From Octopus sinensis (taxonomy: Eukaryota), in assembly GCF_006345805.1 (NCBI RefSeq), contig NC_043003.1, positions 27,032,001-27,096,000 on the forward strand: a stretch of 64,000 bases of DNA, read 5' to 3'. Below the pieces are notes generated by a model. It saw only the letters and a list, made by a program, of their open reading frames with translations. It had not been told where the DNA came from and searched no databases. Below, one piece after another: positions 63,422 to 64,000 of the stretch (positions are counted from its first letter, which is position 1; every line of letters begins with the position of its first letter). Position numbers and translations under genes: made by a program.

Positions 63422-63740
63422 GGTGGTTCCCAACTGAGGTCCACATGACCCCCTAGGGGTCCATGTAAGCTTTTGGGAGTCCACATAAGCAAAGTAGTAA
63501 GTTAGGTCCCAAATAATATTTTATGGGTGCATGAAAAACTTTTCTTTAGATGTATTTAATGCAAGAAAAAGCTAGGTTTCAACCTTAACAAGAAAATGAG
63601 TGATAAAAAGGAAGAATAATTTTGAAAGAAGTATCTATTACACCAGTTTTCAAACATTGAATAGCTATGGGGGTCCACCAGGATAAAATAGAAATCAAAG
63701 GGTTCCTTAGATTTAAAAAAATGGTTGAGAACCACTTTTC
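63422..63740. mobile_element. hAT-type MITE
   Basis: Ends read gtggttccca ... ggttgagaaccac. Related to 13770-14045. Confidence 0.65.
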
Positions 63741-64000
63741 TAAACTGATACCGCATGTTTTGCTTGTCCGTGTTCTGTTTCATAATGTACACCCATGCTT
63801 ATAATATTTTCATGTGGGATTAAAAACAATACAAATTAATGTTTTGTGACGTATATTTGCCATTTAAATATGGCTAACCCCTAAGGGTGGATGCTACTGT
63901 AGTTTGTAGTCCCAGGAGGACACCTCCTCCAGCTGGCTATAGACACACTTTCTGTGCCCTATCAGTATTTGCAAAGGGAAGCCATCCTTCCCGTCTCCAA

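Overview
AT-rich, repeat-dense animal DNA, most likely octopus (inferred from the SINE families and the mollusc-type protein). It contains the 5' part of one minus-strand gene, a UCH-L1/L3-type ubiquitin C-terminal hydrolase. Four coding exons were assembled by hand: 44806-44856, a 12-nt microexon at 36567-36578, 20258-20383 and 7807-7942, the last carrying the catalytic QTIGNACGT motif. The remaining exons were not found and probably lie left of the window. Most of the rest is transposon-derived: tRNA-head SINEs, RTE/CR1/Tx1/CRE LINE fragments, mariner, pogo and piggyBac remnants, Helitrons, MITEs and microsatellites. Nearly all other ORF-track entries are artefacts of these repeats. The most unusual signal is a set of minimal Penelope-type hammerhead ribozyme (HHR) motifs from four unrelated repeat families in the gene's introns. 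One is a complete 35-nt HHR with an A3-U8 swap of the core C3-G8 pair, and another is fused behind a tRNA-like Pol III head. Also notable are a 1.74-kb palindrome, several other fold-back duplications, and a Tx1 LINE sitting between two (TCTA)n arrays. All coordinates were read by eye and no searches were run.
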